64,000 bases of DNA from Candidatus Gottesmanbacteria bacterium GW2011_GWA2_43_14. GTDB taxonomy: Bacteria > Patescibacteriota > Microgenomatia > 2-02-FULL-39-11. The stretch lies in NCBI GenBank assembly GCA_000999095.1, contig LCFP01000012.1, forward strand, positions 68,140 to 132,139, written 5' to 3'. The notes under the pieces are model-generated. The model searched no databases. It had not been told where the DNA came from and was given only the letters and a program-made list of their open reading frames with translations. The position numbers and the translations under genes were made by a program. Positions 29,483-37,808 of the stretch are shown piece by piece; position 1 is the first letter of the stretch; each line of letters begins with the position of its first letter.

Positions 29483-30487
29483 ATGCAAAGTTCAGGTAAA
29501 CAGTCTTTAGACGAACAGTATCATATTAAAAGGATTGATCCCCAAGCCAAGAGTAGTATAATACCCTCTAATGGAAATTTTATGAGCTCAAACAGAAATG
29601 TTGTCATATCAGCCTTGATCATTCTGGTGACGGTTGTACTGGGAGGATATTTGTTAATAACCAAAAAAGACTCGCTGATCAGAAAGGGCAGTTCTACTGA
29701 TATTATTAATACTGTCGGCCTCAAATTTTCTGAAAAAAGCTTCAAGCTAGATTATGCCAATATTGATCCGGAAACTGTTTTGGAGATTTCTGACTTTGAG
29801 CGCAAAGAAGAATGGCGGGGTAGCCACGAATATGATGATGTAATCTTTTGGAAAGGCGAATACTCACTTCTTTTATCTTCCAAAGATAACGAGCAGGTTG
29901 ATGCTTACACGGAAAAGTCCTTGAATCTAGATAAACATGATGTTTTCAAAATGGCTCTGAATGTCCAGACAGATCCGGCCGATATTGAATCAGTCAAGGT
30001 TTATTTTTCCGATAAGGACAAAAACTCGTCATATTATTATTCCATCCGCAGTATTGTTAAAGGATGGAATTTTCTGGTCATTCCCAAAGAGAAATTCTCA
30101 ACGAGGGGACTCTCCAAGGAGCCGGCAGCGGCTTCCCCCGGCGCTATAACTGGTGAACTGAGTTGGTCTAACATCGAAAGGGTAGGCTTCGAATTAGCTT
30201 CAAGGGCAAATTCTTCCAGTGAAATAAATGTGGATTCGATGGAAACCTTCATCAATGAAGAATATTTGGATTCCTGGTTGGTAAAAAGTCCGGTACAGCT
30301 TAATTTGGCAAAAGTGGGAGGTCAATATTATCTTGAAGGACGTAATTACGGCGGCTCCGTAGCCTTGCTGAAAAAACTCAGCGGCATTTCCAACTTTAAA
30401 TTTAAAGCCAAGTTGATGCCAATGAAATCCAATGCCAGGAGTGGCTTGTTTGTGCGCGGTGATACGGTGTCATTAATAATTTTATAG
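29483..30487 (+). CDS. membrane-anchored extracytoplasmic protein with a beta-sandwich (lectin/GH16-like) C-terminal part; 3' end appears frameshifted
   Basis: N-terminal TM VVISALIILVTVVLGGYLLI. The ORF stops at SLIIL*, but the homologous-looking sequence continues in another frame (see next feature). Confidence 0.5.
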   Translation: MQSSGKQSLDEQYHIKRIDPQAKSSIIPSNGNFMSSNRNVVISALIILVTVVLGGYLLITKKDSLIRKGSSTDIINTVGLKFSEKSFKLDYANIDPETVLEISDFERKEEWRGSHEYDDVIFWKGEYSLLLSSKDNEQVDAYTEKSLNLDKHDVFKMALNVQTDPADIESVKVYFSDKDKNSSYYYSIRSIVKGWNFLVIPKEKFSTRGLSKEPAAASPGAITGELSWSNIERVGFELASRANSSSEINVDSMETFINEEYLDSWLVKSPVQLNLAKVGGQYYLEGRNYGGSVALLKKLSGISNFKFKAKLMPMKSNARSGLFVRGDTVSLIIL

Positions 30488-30681
30488 TTGAAAAAGATGT
30501 TCCTTTGTGGCTGTCAGTAGAAGCAAAAGGCTCGAATTTTAAATATTCCTTGTCAATGGATGATAAATCCTATTCCGAGCTGGCCCAGGTAAATGACTCG
30601 GAATATAAAGAGGGCGGCCTGGGAATAGCAGTTCTTGATTTGGGAGCCACTCTTTTTGACATGTTTGACTTCTCTCAATAA
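30463..30681 (+). pseudogene. frame-shifted C-terminal continuation of the preceding gene (indel or sequencing error around ...TCATTAATAATTTTATAG...)
   Basis: Open frame YGVINNFIVEKDVPLWLSVEAKGSNFKYSLSMDDKSYSELAQVNDSEYKEGGLGIAVLDLGATLFDMFDFSQ*. It reads through the stop of 29483..30487 and has no start codon or SD of its own. Confidence 0.4.
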
Positions 30682-30706
30682 AATCCCTTTCGTGTAAAAT
30701 AAAATA

Positions 30707-31921
30707 GTGAGAGATATACGGCCTGTAAACATCCTTTTTACCAGCATTGTTTTTCTGTTTGTAGTCTATCTGACCGGCGCATTGGATTTGGCGATAACAG
30801 CTTCCGTTATCGCCTCTGCCTTGCTTTTTCGGTTTCAGTCTGTTTGGCTCTTTCTCTCGGCTTTAATTGTTTTTGCTTTCTATTTGGTGACTATCTTCCT
30901 GTCACTGAAGATCAAACTGGTAACCGATTTTTCCGTTTCCTCCTATCTTCTTTTTGCTTCAGGACTTTTGCTATATTTTCTTGAAGGGCAGAAAAGCCGC
31001 TGGCAGATAAATCTGCCCGTTTTGGATAAGTTCCCGGTGGATAGGAATAATTTGGTTAAGCTCGGGGCTATCCTGTTTTTCACTTTTTTGGTTTATCCCC
31101 TAACCGGACCAAATTTTGGTGCCATATTCGGTTACATTGCATTTCTGTATTTATTTAAAAAATCTGAAGGCAGGTACGCTTTTATAGTGGCTTTATTTTT
31201 TCTTATTCTTTGCCCGTTTCTTCTGATCGCTAAGAGAGAAAAAGTAGCTGAAGAATCGGCAATATTTACCTATTATTTTCTTGTTATCGGTACCTTTCAG
31301 GAAATCATTGATATGTTTAGAAGTCCCACCAGTGAGGATGAGCCAATTGAGGATGACGGGGAAAACAGTCTGGGATATACTCTTCTCGACTATAGGAAAA
31401 AAATGCATTCGGTCCATATTAAAAAATTAAAGCTGTACACAGCTTTAGTATTTATCCTGATATTAATTTTGGCGGGCATCTTTTACGGCCAGAAATATTT
31501 ATCGAACGGAAAAAAATTAAATTTAAACCTTAAACTATTCAATAAGACGTCAAAACAATTACCTACTGTCACTCCGTCTCCGGCGGATATGTCTCCGACG
31601 CCTACTTTAACTCAAGTAGAATTAAAGGACAGAATAGCCAGCGACAGTTTTAATCTCAAGGTTTCCGTTCTCAACGGTACCGATATCGCCGGATTGGCAG
31701 CCTCAACCGGTGCCAAATTGAAGACAGCCGGCTTTAATAATGTCGATACAGGGAATACTCCGGAAGCTTACCAGACTTGGAGGCTTTCCATAAAGGAAAA
31801 AGAAGACTTGCTAATAGAGTATTTAAAGGCAATTCTTGAGCTTAAACAGTTGGATGTTATAGAAGCAACCGGCGGAGCTGTCTACGACTTGGAAATAATT
31901 GCCGGAAAATCCTCTCAATGA
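30707..31921 (+). CDS. membrane protein with a C-terminal LytR_C (cell-envelope-related) domain
   Basis: About 6 N-terminal TM helices and a further mid-protein TM helix. C-terminal KVSVLNGTDIAGLAASTGAKLKTAGFNNVDTGNTPEAYQTWRL matches the LytR_C domain pattern. Confidence 0.5.
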   Translation: MRDIRPVNILFTSIVFLFVVYLTGALDLAITASVIASALLFRFQSVWLFLSALIVFAFYLVTIFLSLKIKLVTDFSVSSYLLFASGLLLYFLEGQKSRWQINLPVLDKFPVDRNNLVKLGAILFFTFLVYPLTGPNFGAIFGYIAFLYLFKKSEGRYAFIVALFFLILCPFLLIAKREKVAEESAIFTYYFLVIGTFQEIIDMFRSPTSEDEPIEDDGENSLGYTLLDYRKKMHSVHIKKLKLYTALVFILILILAGIFYGQKYLSNGKKLNLNLKLFNKTSKQLPTVTPSPADMSPTPTLTQVELKDRIASDSFNLKVSVLNGTDIAGLAASTGAKLKTAGFNNVDTGNTPEAYQTWRLSIKEKEDLLIEYLKAILELKQLDVIEATGGAVYDLEIIAGKSSQ

Positions 31922-31964
31922 TCCTGTTGTCCCGGAAGATGTTTTTAACTACAATATCTGTTAT

Positions 31965-33752
31965 ATTTTGATGATTAAAAGGAATCTGTCCGCTTTTGTT
32001 TTTTTTGGCCTGCTATCCCTGGTTATTACTCTGCCTCTTTTAAAGCCGGGCTACATCCTGACTTTGGATATGGTCCAGGTGCCTGATCCGGGCTGGCCAT
32101 CCCCCTGGCAGGTCAGTTTTCCGGTTGCCCTCTTAAACAAATTATTTGTCCTGTTTCTGCCTTCTTACTGGTTTCCGAAGATAGTTTTATTTCTGGTTTT
32201 TTTCCTTTCAGGTGTAAGCATGGCTACTTTTGTAGGAACAGGGAATATTCTCGTTAATCTTTTTGCCGGAACAATTTATACCCTGAATCCGTTTGTATAT
32301 GAAAGGGTCATGGCCGGTCACTGGTATTTCCTCCTCGGTTACGCTTTGTTTCCCTGGCTGGTTAAATCCGTTGTTGATCTTTTCCGCCGGCCGGCTCTTA
32401 CTTCGACTTTAAAATTAGCCTTGCTGGCCACTCTTATATTCAATCTTTTTCTTCATTTTACAGTCATTTTCGCCGTTTTTTTTGTCATCTATGCGATCTT
32501 CTTTCTTATTGTCAACTCCCGGAACATAAAATCAAAACTGTATTATTATTTGAGCCTGTTCCTCTTTGTCATCTTTATTTTCAATCTTAACTGGTTATTG
32601 CCTACATTAGCCGGTAAATCTACAATCAGTGATTCCCTAAGCTCTTTTTCCCGGCAGGACCTCTATGCTTTCCAGACAGTCGCTGATCCGCAGTTCGGGC
32701 TGATATTCAATCTTCTATCCGGTTTTGGTTTTTGGGAAGAAGTATATGATTATTTTATTTCACAAAAGCAGATAATCCCCTTTTGGCCTTTACTGTCATT
32801 GCCGATCATTGCTCTTTCAATCATGGGGTTAGTTTACCTCCTGACTAAAAAAGAAAATTGGGAAAACCTGGTTTTGAATATCAGTTTGCTGGTGGTTTTT
32901 ATACTGGCTTTGGATTTTGCCGGAGGCATCGCCTTAAAACAGTTCGCTCCGACAGTCTTTGCTCTGTATGATAGGATTCCCATCCTCTATGGATTGAGAG
33001 AGCCGCAAAAGCTGGTCATGCTGATGATGTTCTCTTACGCTTATTTCGGAGCGTACGGGCTGAAATGGTTTAAATCATTAGTAAAGCCATTGGCAGCCAA
33101 ATTGCTTGTTATCGGCGGATTTTTCTTGATTCCTTTTGTTTATACACCACTTATCTTTGCAGGATTTTGGGGACAGTTAAAGCCTGTTTTTTATCCCGAA
33201 AGCTGGTACCGTGTCAGCGCCATTATTAATGCGGACAATGATAACTTCCGGATGTTATTTTTACCATGGCACCAGTATTTGAGGTTTAATTTCAATCATA
33301 ATTTGGTTATCGCTAATCCCGTGCCTGAATTTTTTAATAAACCTGTTTTGGCTTCTCGAAACTATGAAACCAGGCCTTTATACAGTCATGACCAAAGGCC
33401 GGAAGCGCTTCATATGGAGGGGCTTTTCTCTATTCAGGAAAAGAAAGTCAACCTTTTCGGGCAGGAGGTTGAATATCCGGTAGATTGGAGCCGGGATTTA
33501 GCGATCATAGATATAAAGTACATCATGCTGTCGAAGGACTCCGACTGGCTAAAGTATAAATTCTTGGATGATGATCCTGAGTTGTATAAACAATTCGAGG
33601 ATGACAGCCTTATACTTTACCGCAATCTGATGTTCGGGGTAGAGCCTGTCTACCCCGAACCGGAGCCTTCCCCCACGGTTGCCACCGGGTCAGCCGGGCT
33701 GGAAAATGAAGAAACATCAACTGCCCCTGCCGAAACGATCGAAGAAGAATGA
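31965..33752 (+). CDS. large polytopic membrane protein; second putative GT-C/YfhO-like glycosyltransferase
   Basis: More than 12 TM helices, then a soluble C-terminal region and an acidic PEPEPSP...EEE tail. Likely start MIKRNLSAFVFFGLL; the track ORF begins at 31899. Confidence 0.4.
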   Translation: MLMIKRNLSAFVFFGLLSLVITLPLLKPGYILTLDMVQVPDPGWPSPWQVSFPVALLNKLFVLFLPSYWFPKIVLFLVFFLSGVSMATFVGTGNILVNLFAGTIYTLNPFVYERVMAGHWYFLLGYALFPWLVKSVVDLFRRPALTSTLKLALLATLIFNLFLHFTVIFAVFFVIYAIFFLIVNSRNIKSKLYYYLSLFLFVIFIFNLNWLLPTLAGKSTISDSLSSFSRQDLYAFQTVADPQFGLIFNLLSGFGFWEEVYDYFISQKQIIPFWPLLSLPIIALSIMGLVYLLTKKENWENLVLNISLLVVFILALDFAGGIALKQFAPTVFALYDRIPILYGLREPQKLVMLMMFSYAYFGAYGLKWFKSLVKPLAAKLLVIGGFFLIPFVYTPLIFAGFWGQLKPVFYPESWYRVSAIINADNDNFRMLFLPWHQYLRFNFNHNLVIANPVPEFFNKPVLASRNYETRPLYSHDQRPEALHMEGLFSIQEKKVNLFGQEVEYPVDWSRDLAIIDIKYIMLSKDSDWLKYKFLDDDPELYKQFEDDSLILYRNLMFGVEPVYPEPEPSPTVATGSAGLENEETSTAPAETIEEE

Positions 33753-34654
33753 AAATTCTCGTCACAGGATCTGCCGGATTTATAGGTTCCCATCTTATTG
33801 ACAGGCTGTCAAAGGACGGTTTTTCCGCAATCGGATTGGATATAGCCGAAAACCGGGGCAGGCAGGGAAAGCCGAACGCACAAATCGACATCAGGGACAA
33901 GGCCGGGTTGGAAAAACTTTTTAAAAAGGAAAGTTTCCGCTCCATAGTCCATCTGGCAGCCAGGGGTGGCGTCAGGCAGAGCATTGCCGAACCGGTCGTT
34001 TTTATGGAAACCAACATCATCGGCACCGTAAATCTGCTGGAGCTGGCCGAAAAGTATAAAGTCAGAAATATCATCTTTGCCTCTTCCTCGTCCGTTTACG
34101 GCGACGTAAAGACTCCTTTCCGTGAAGATATGCCTTCAGGCAGGCTTCTGAGTCCGTACGCGGTCAGTAAAAGGGCAGGTGAGGATTTGTGCCGTATTTA
34201 CCACAAAAGGAGCGGACTAAAAATGGCGGTCCTGAGATTTTTTACGGTTTACGGCCCCCGGGGACGAACGGATATGGCCGCCGGTCTTTTCACCAAAGCT
34301 GTCCTGGGGAATAAAAAGCTTGTCCGGTTCGGCAAAGGGGAATGTCTGCGGGATTTTACCTATATTGACGATATTGTCGACGGTGTGATGTCGGTCCTTA
34401 AGGCCGTTCCTGATTTTGAGATCATCAATCTGGGCAGCGGGCGGGCTGTTTCCGTCAACGGATTGATTGAAACAATCGAGAAAATCACCGGCAAAAAGGC
34501 CGCAGTTGCCGAAAGGCCGTTGAATCCGGCTGACGTTTTTTCCACCCTGGCTGACATTTCCAAGGCCAAAAAGCTTTTGGGTTACCGCCCGAAATGGACA
34601 CTTGAGAAGGGGATGGCAAAGTTCATTGAGTGGTATCTTAAATTTAAGCAATAA
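33749..34654 (+). CDS. NAD-dependent epimerase/dehydratase (SDR family sugar-nucleotide 4-epimerase-like)
   Basis: MKILVTGSAGFIGSHLIDRL (GxxGxxG). Catalytic YAVSK. 301 aa. Confidence 0.8.
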   Translation: MKILVTGSAGFIGSHLIDRLSKDGFSAIGLDIAENRGRQGKPNAQIDIRDKAGLEKLFKKESFRSIVHLAARGGVRQSIAEPVVFMETNIIGTVNLLELAEKYKVRNIIFASSSSVYGDVKTPFREDMPSGRLLSPYAVSKRAGEDLCRIYHKRSGLKMAVLRFFTVYGPRGRTDMAAGLFTKAVLGNKKLVRFGKGECLRDFTYIDDIVDGVMSVLKAVPDFEIINLGSGRAVSVNGLIETIEKITGKKAAVAERPLNPADVFSTLADISKAKKLLGYRPKWTLEKGMAKFIEWYLKFKQ

Positions 34655-34734
34655 GTATAGAATTGATTTTCAAAAAGAAAACTGAAAGAAGTTATTGTCT
34701 TGTCAATAGGACAATAATATGGTAATGTTGTCCT

Positions 34735-36021
34735 ATGAATACAATATTAAGAACATTGTTATATGAGTGGAAGGATAGGAAATTACCCAAAGTATTGGCA
34801 CGGGATACCCGTATAGACATTTTACCTGAACAGAAAACTGAAAACGCTACAGTAATAACGGGATTCAGACGGGTAGGCAAAACCTACCTGCTGTATGGGG
34901 CGATAGAGAAACTGTTGGAAACACAGCCTCGTGAGGATGTTGTTTACCTGAATTTTGAAGATGAACGGATAATTGCACCATCTACAGGAATTCTGACAGA
35001 CCTTATTCCGGAAACTCAGGCAGTCTATGGCAGGAAACCTAAATATCTGTTTTTGGATGAATTACAACTTGTTCCCAACTGGTCAAAATGGATACGACGG
35101 ATACTTGATACCGAAGACATTCAGCTTTTTATAACCGGATCCTCGTCAAAAATGAGCAGTTCCGAGCTGCCCACTGAGCTTAGGGGCAGGGCTTGGGAAG
35201 TTAAGGTTTCCCCGCTTACCTTTCATGAATTTTTACGTTTTAAAAAATTATATCTTGATCCTGAGAAAATGGCTTTTGTAAAAGAGGAAACAGCCCGTTT
35301 CCGTTTTCTTTTTGATGAATATCTGACCTTTGGAGCACTGCCGGCTGTAGTTCTGACATCATTTGAAAAAAAACAGGAGCTGCTCCAATCCTATTTTCAG
35401 ACGGTAGTGCAAAAAGATATATCAGAGAGATACAAAATAGAGAACGACACCGCTTTAAAAACGCTATTGAAACTGCTGCTTAATTCTAGCTATATTACTA
35501 TTTCCAAACTTCATAACTCTCTGAAAAGTATGGGTATACCTGTAGGGAAATCTACCGTAGATAATTATATTTCTTATATAGAGAGTTCCTATTTTATGAA
35601 CGAGCTATATATTCACACCCCGGCAGTTATAAACCAATTGCAGTATCCCAGAAAAGTCTATTTTATAGATACCGGATTCATGACGGCACTTTCAACCAAA
35701 TTTTCAAAGAACATGGGTAGGCTTTTTGAAAATACGGTATTTCAGAAGTTGTCGCGGGAAATGGAAACGATGTATTACTTTAAAGATGATAAAGGCAATG
35801 AAGTTGATTTTGCAGTACTCAAAGACGGCAAATGCATAGCCTTATACCAGGTTTGTTTTGATTTGTCGGATGAGGAAACACGGCAACGGGAAGTAAAATC
35901 ACTTATCAAAACCGGAGCAGTCTTAAATTGCCGGAATCTGAATATTATAACTGCGGAGAGTATAGATACGGTCAAATTCCCCGAAGAAATAAAGATAATT
36001 ACTGCCGGTGAGTTTTTTTAA
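34735..36021 (+). CDS. AAA-family ATPase with a DUF4143-type C-terminal domain
   Basis: P-loop VITGFRRVGKTYLL. Walker B LFLDELQ. DUF4143-like C-terminal region. Confidence 0.65.
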   Translation: MNTILRTLLYEWKDRKLPKVLARDTRIDILPEQKTENATVITGFRRVGKTYLLYGAIEKLLETQPREDVVYLNFEDERIIAPSTGILTDLIPETQAVYGRKPKYLFLDELQLVPNWSKWIRRILDTEDIQLFITGSSSKMSSSELPTELRGRAWEVKVSPLTFHEFLRFKKLYLDPEKMAFVKEETARFRFLFDEYLTFGALPAVVLTSFEKKQELLQSYFQTVVQKDISERYKIENDTALKTLLKLLLNSSYITISKLHNSLKSMGIPVGKSTVDNYISYIESSYFMNELYIHTPAVINQLQYPRKVYFIDTGFMTALSTKFSKNMGRLFENTVFQKLSREMETMYYFKDDKGNEVDFAVLKDGKCIALYQVCFDLSDEETRQREVKSLIKTGAVLNCRNLNIITAESIDTVKFPEEIKIITAGEFF

Positions 36022-37646
36022 TGGAAAAAATCTCAGGCAATATTGTCGACCTTATAGGTTTCCGGATTTATCCGGGCACCCTGGTTATTTCCGGCGGCCG
36101 CATCAAAGACATCATTCCCGGAAAGCGGAAATATAGGGAGTTTATCCTGCCCGGTTTTGTCGATGCCCATATCCACATCGAAAGTTCGATGCTGCCCCCG
36201 GCAGAATTCGCCAGGCTGGCTGTTGCCCACGGCACGGTGGCCACTGTTTCCGACCCCCATGAAATCGGCAATGTGCTGGGGGTTGCCGGCGTTGAATATA
36301 TGATCAGGGAAGGCAAACGGGTCCCCTTTAAATTTTATTTCGGCGCTCCATCCTGTGTCCCTGCCACCAGCTTTGAAACTTCAGGCAGCGAAATTATTCC
36401 GGGAGATGTCGACAGGCTGATGAAGCGGGCGGAGATAAAATATTTAAGCGAAGTCATGAATTATCCGGGAGTCATAGCTCGGGATAAGGATTTCATGGCC
36501 AAGATAAAAAGTTCCCTGGACAAAGGTAAGCCGGTTGACGGGCATGCGCCTGGTTTAAGGGGAGGGCTTTTGAAAAAGTATGCCTCTGCCGGCATCTCGA
36601 CTGACCATGAGTCTTTTGAATACAAGGAAGGCCTGGAAAAAATAAAGCTGGGGATGAAGCTGATCATCAGGGAAGGCTCGGCTGCCAAAAATTTTGAAGC
36701 CCTGATTCCGCTTTTGGACCTCTATCCGGACAGCTGTATGTTCGGCAGCGACGACAAGCATCCCGATGATCTCGCCCGCGGGCATATCAATCTGCTGGTT
36801 GAAAGGGCGCTGAAAAAAGGCATAAACGTATTCAAGGTTTTGCGGGCAGCTTCCCTTAATCCGGTTAAACACTACAAGCTGGCTGTCGGGCTCCTGCAAA
36901 AAAATGATCCGGCAGATTTTATCATCACCGCAAATTTAGATGATTTGAATATTTTGGCAACGGTAATAGACGGACAACAGGTTGCCGCAAAGGGAAAATC
37001 TTTGATTCCTGCCAAAAAAGCGGCCTTGGTCAATAAATTTGCCGCACTACAAATAACCCTTAAGGATCTGGCGGTCCGCCAAAAGACCGGCAAGATGCGG
37101 GTGATGGCAGCCCTGGATAAACAGCTGGTTACCGGCAAACTTACCGTTAAACCGGCGGCAGGCTTAAACGGTTTTGTGGCGGCCGATCCCCTCAGGGATA
37201 TCCTGAAGATCGCGGTTGTTAACAGGTACAAAAAAGCGCTTCCATCCGTTGGTTTTATCAAAAACTTCGGTTTGAAAAAAGGCGCCATCGCATCCTCCGT
37301 CGCCCATGATTCCCATAATGTGGTGGCTGTCGGAGCAAATGATGAAGATTTGCTGCTTTCCATAAACAGCATCCTTGGGATAAAAGGCGGCCTGTCGGTT
37401 GTCTATAAAAATAAGGTAACGCTTTTGGAGCTGCCGATTGGGGGACTGATGTCCGGGCGGGATGGTTATGAGGTTGCCCGGAAATATGAGGAGCTGGACC
37501 GTTTAGCCAAAAAATTGGGAAGCAGGCTGACTTCCCCTTTTATGACTTTGTCATTCATGGCTCTGCCGGTTATACCCAGTCTGAAAATCACCGACAAAGG
37601 GCTTTTCGATGTCGACAAGTTCCGGCCGGTTGATTTGTTTATTTGA
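36021..37646 (+). CDS. ade: adenine deaminase (amidohydrolase superfamily)
   Basis: GFVDAHIHIESSMLPPAEFARLAVAHGTVATVSDPHEIGNV is a diagnostic adenine deaminase N-terminus. 541 aa. Confidence 0.85.
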   Translation: MEKISGNIVDLIGFRIYPGTLVISGGRIKDIIPGKRKYREFILPGFVDAHIHIESSMLPPAEFARLAVAHGTVATVSDPHEIGNVLGVAGVEYMIREGKRVPFKFYFGAPSCVPATSFETSGSEIIPGDVDRLMKRAEIKYLSEVMNYPGVIARDKDFMAKIKSSLDKGKPVDGHAPGLRGGLLKKYASAGISTDHESFEYKEGLEKIKLGMKLIIREGSAAKNFEALIPLLDLYPDSCMFGSDDKHPDDLARGHINLLVERALKKGINVFKVLRAASLNPVKHYKLAVGLLQKNDPADFIITANLDDLNILATVIDGQQVAAKGKSLIPAKKAALVNKFAALQITLKDLAVRQKTGKMRVMAALDKQLVTGKLTVKPAAGLNGFVAADPLRDILKIAVVNRYKKALPSVGFIKNFGLKKGAIASSVAHDSHNVVAVGANDEDLLLSINSILGIKGGLSVVYKNKVTLLELPIGGLMSGRDGYEVARKYEELDRLAKKLGSRLTSPFMTLSFMALPVIPSLKITDKGLFDVDKFRPVDLFI

Positions 37647-37808
37647 AATAAATGAGGTACAGGGTGAACCCAAATTTTTCGCGCGCAGGCGGACCCCGCC
37701 CGAAGGGAAGGGATCCGAGCACGATAAAATTTCGGGTGAACCCTGTGGCGGATTTCATTTAGTTAATCTGATTTGACTGCCGGAAGGCGTTCATTTAGAA
37801 TAAAATCC

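Noticed and set aside
33610-34074. 154-aa - strand ORF overlapping the epimerase 5' end
   Set aside because: - Antisense to the SDR epimerase with its GxxGxxG motif.
- No homology pattern.
36872-37372. 166-aa - strand ORF inside ade
   Set aside because: - Antisense to adenine deaminase.
- Low-complexity Ser/Ala-rich translation.
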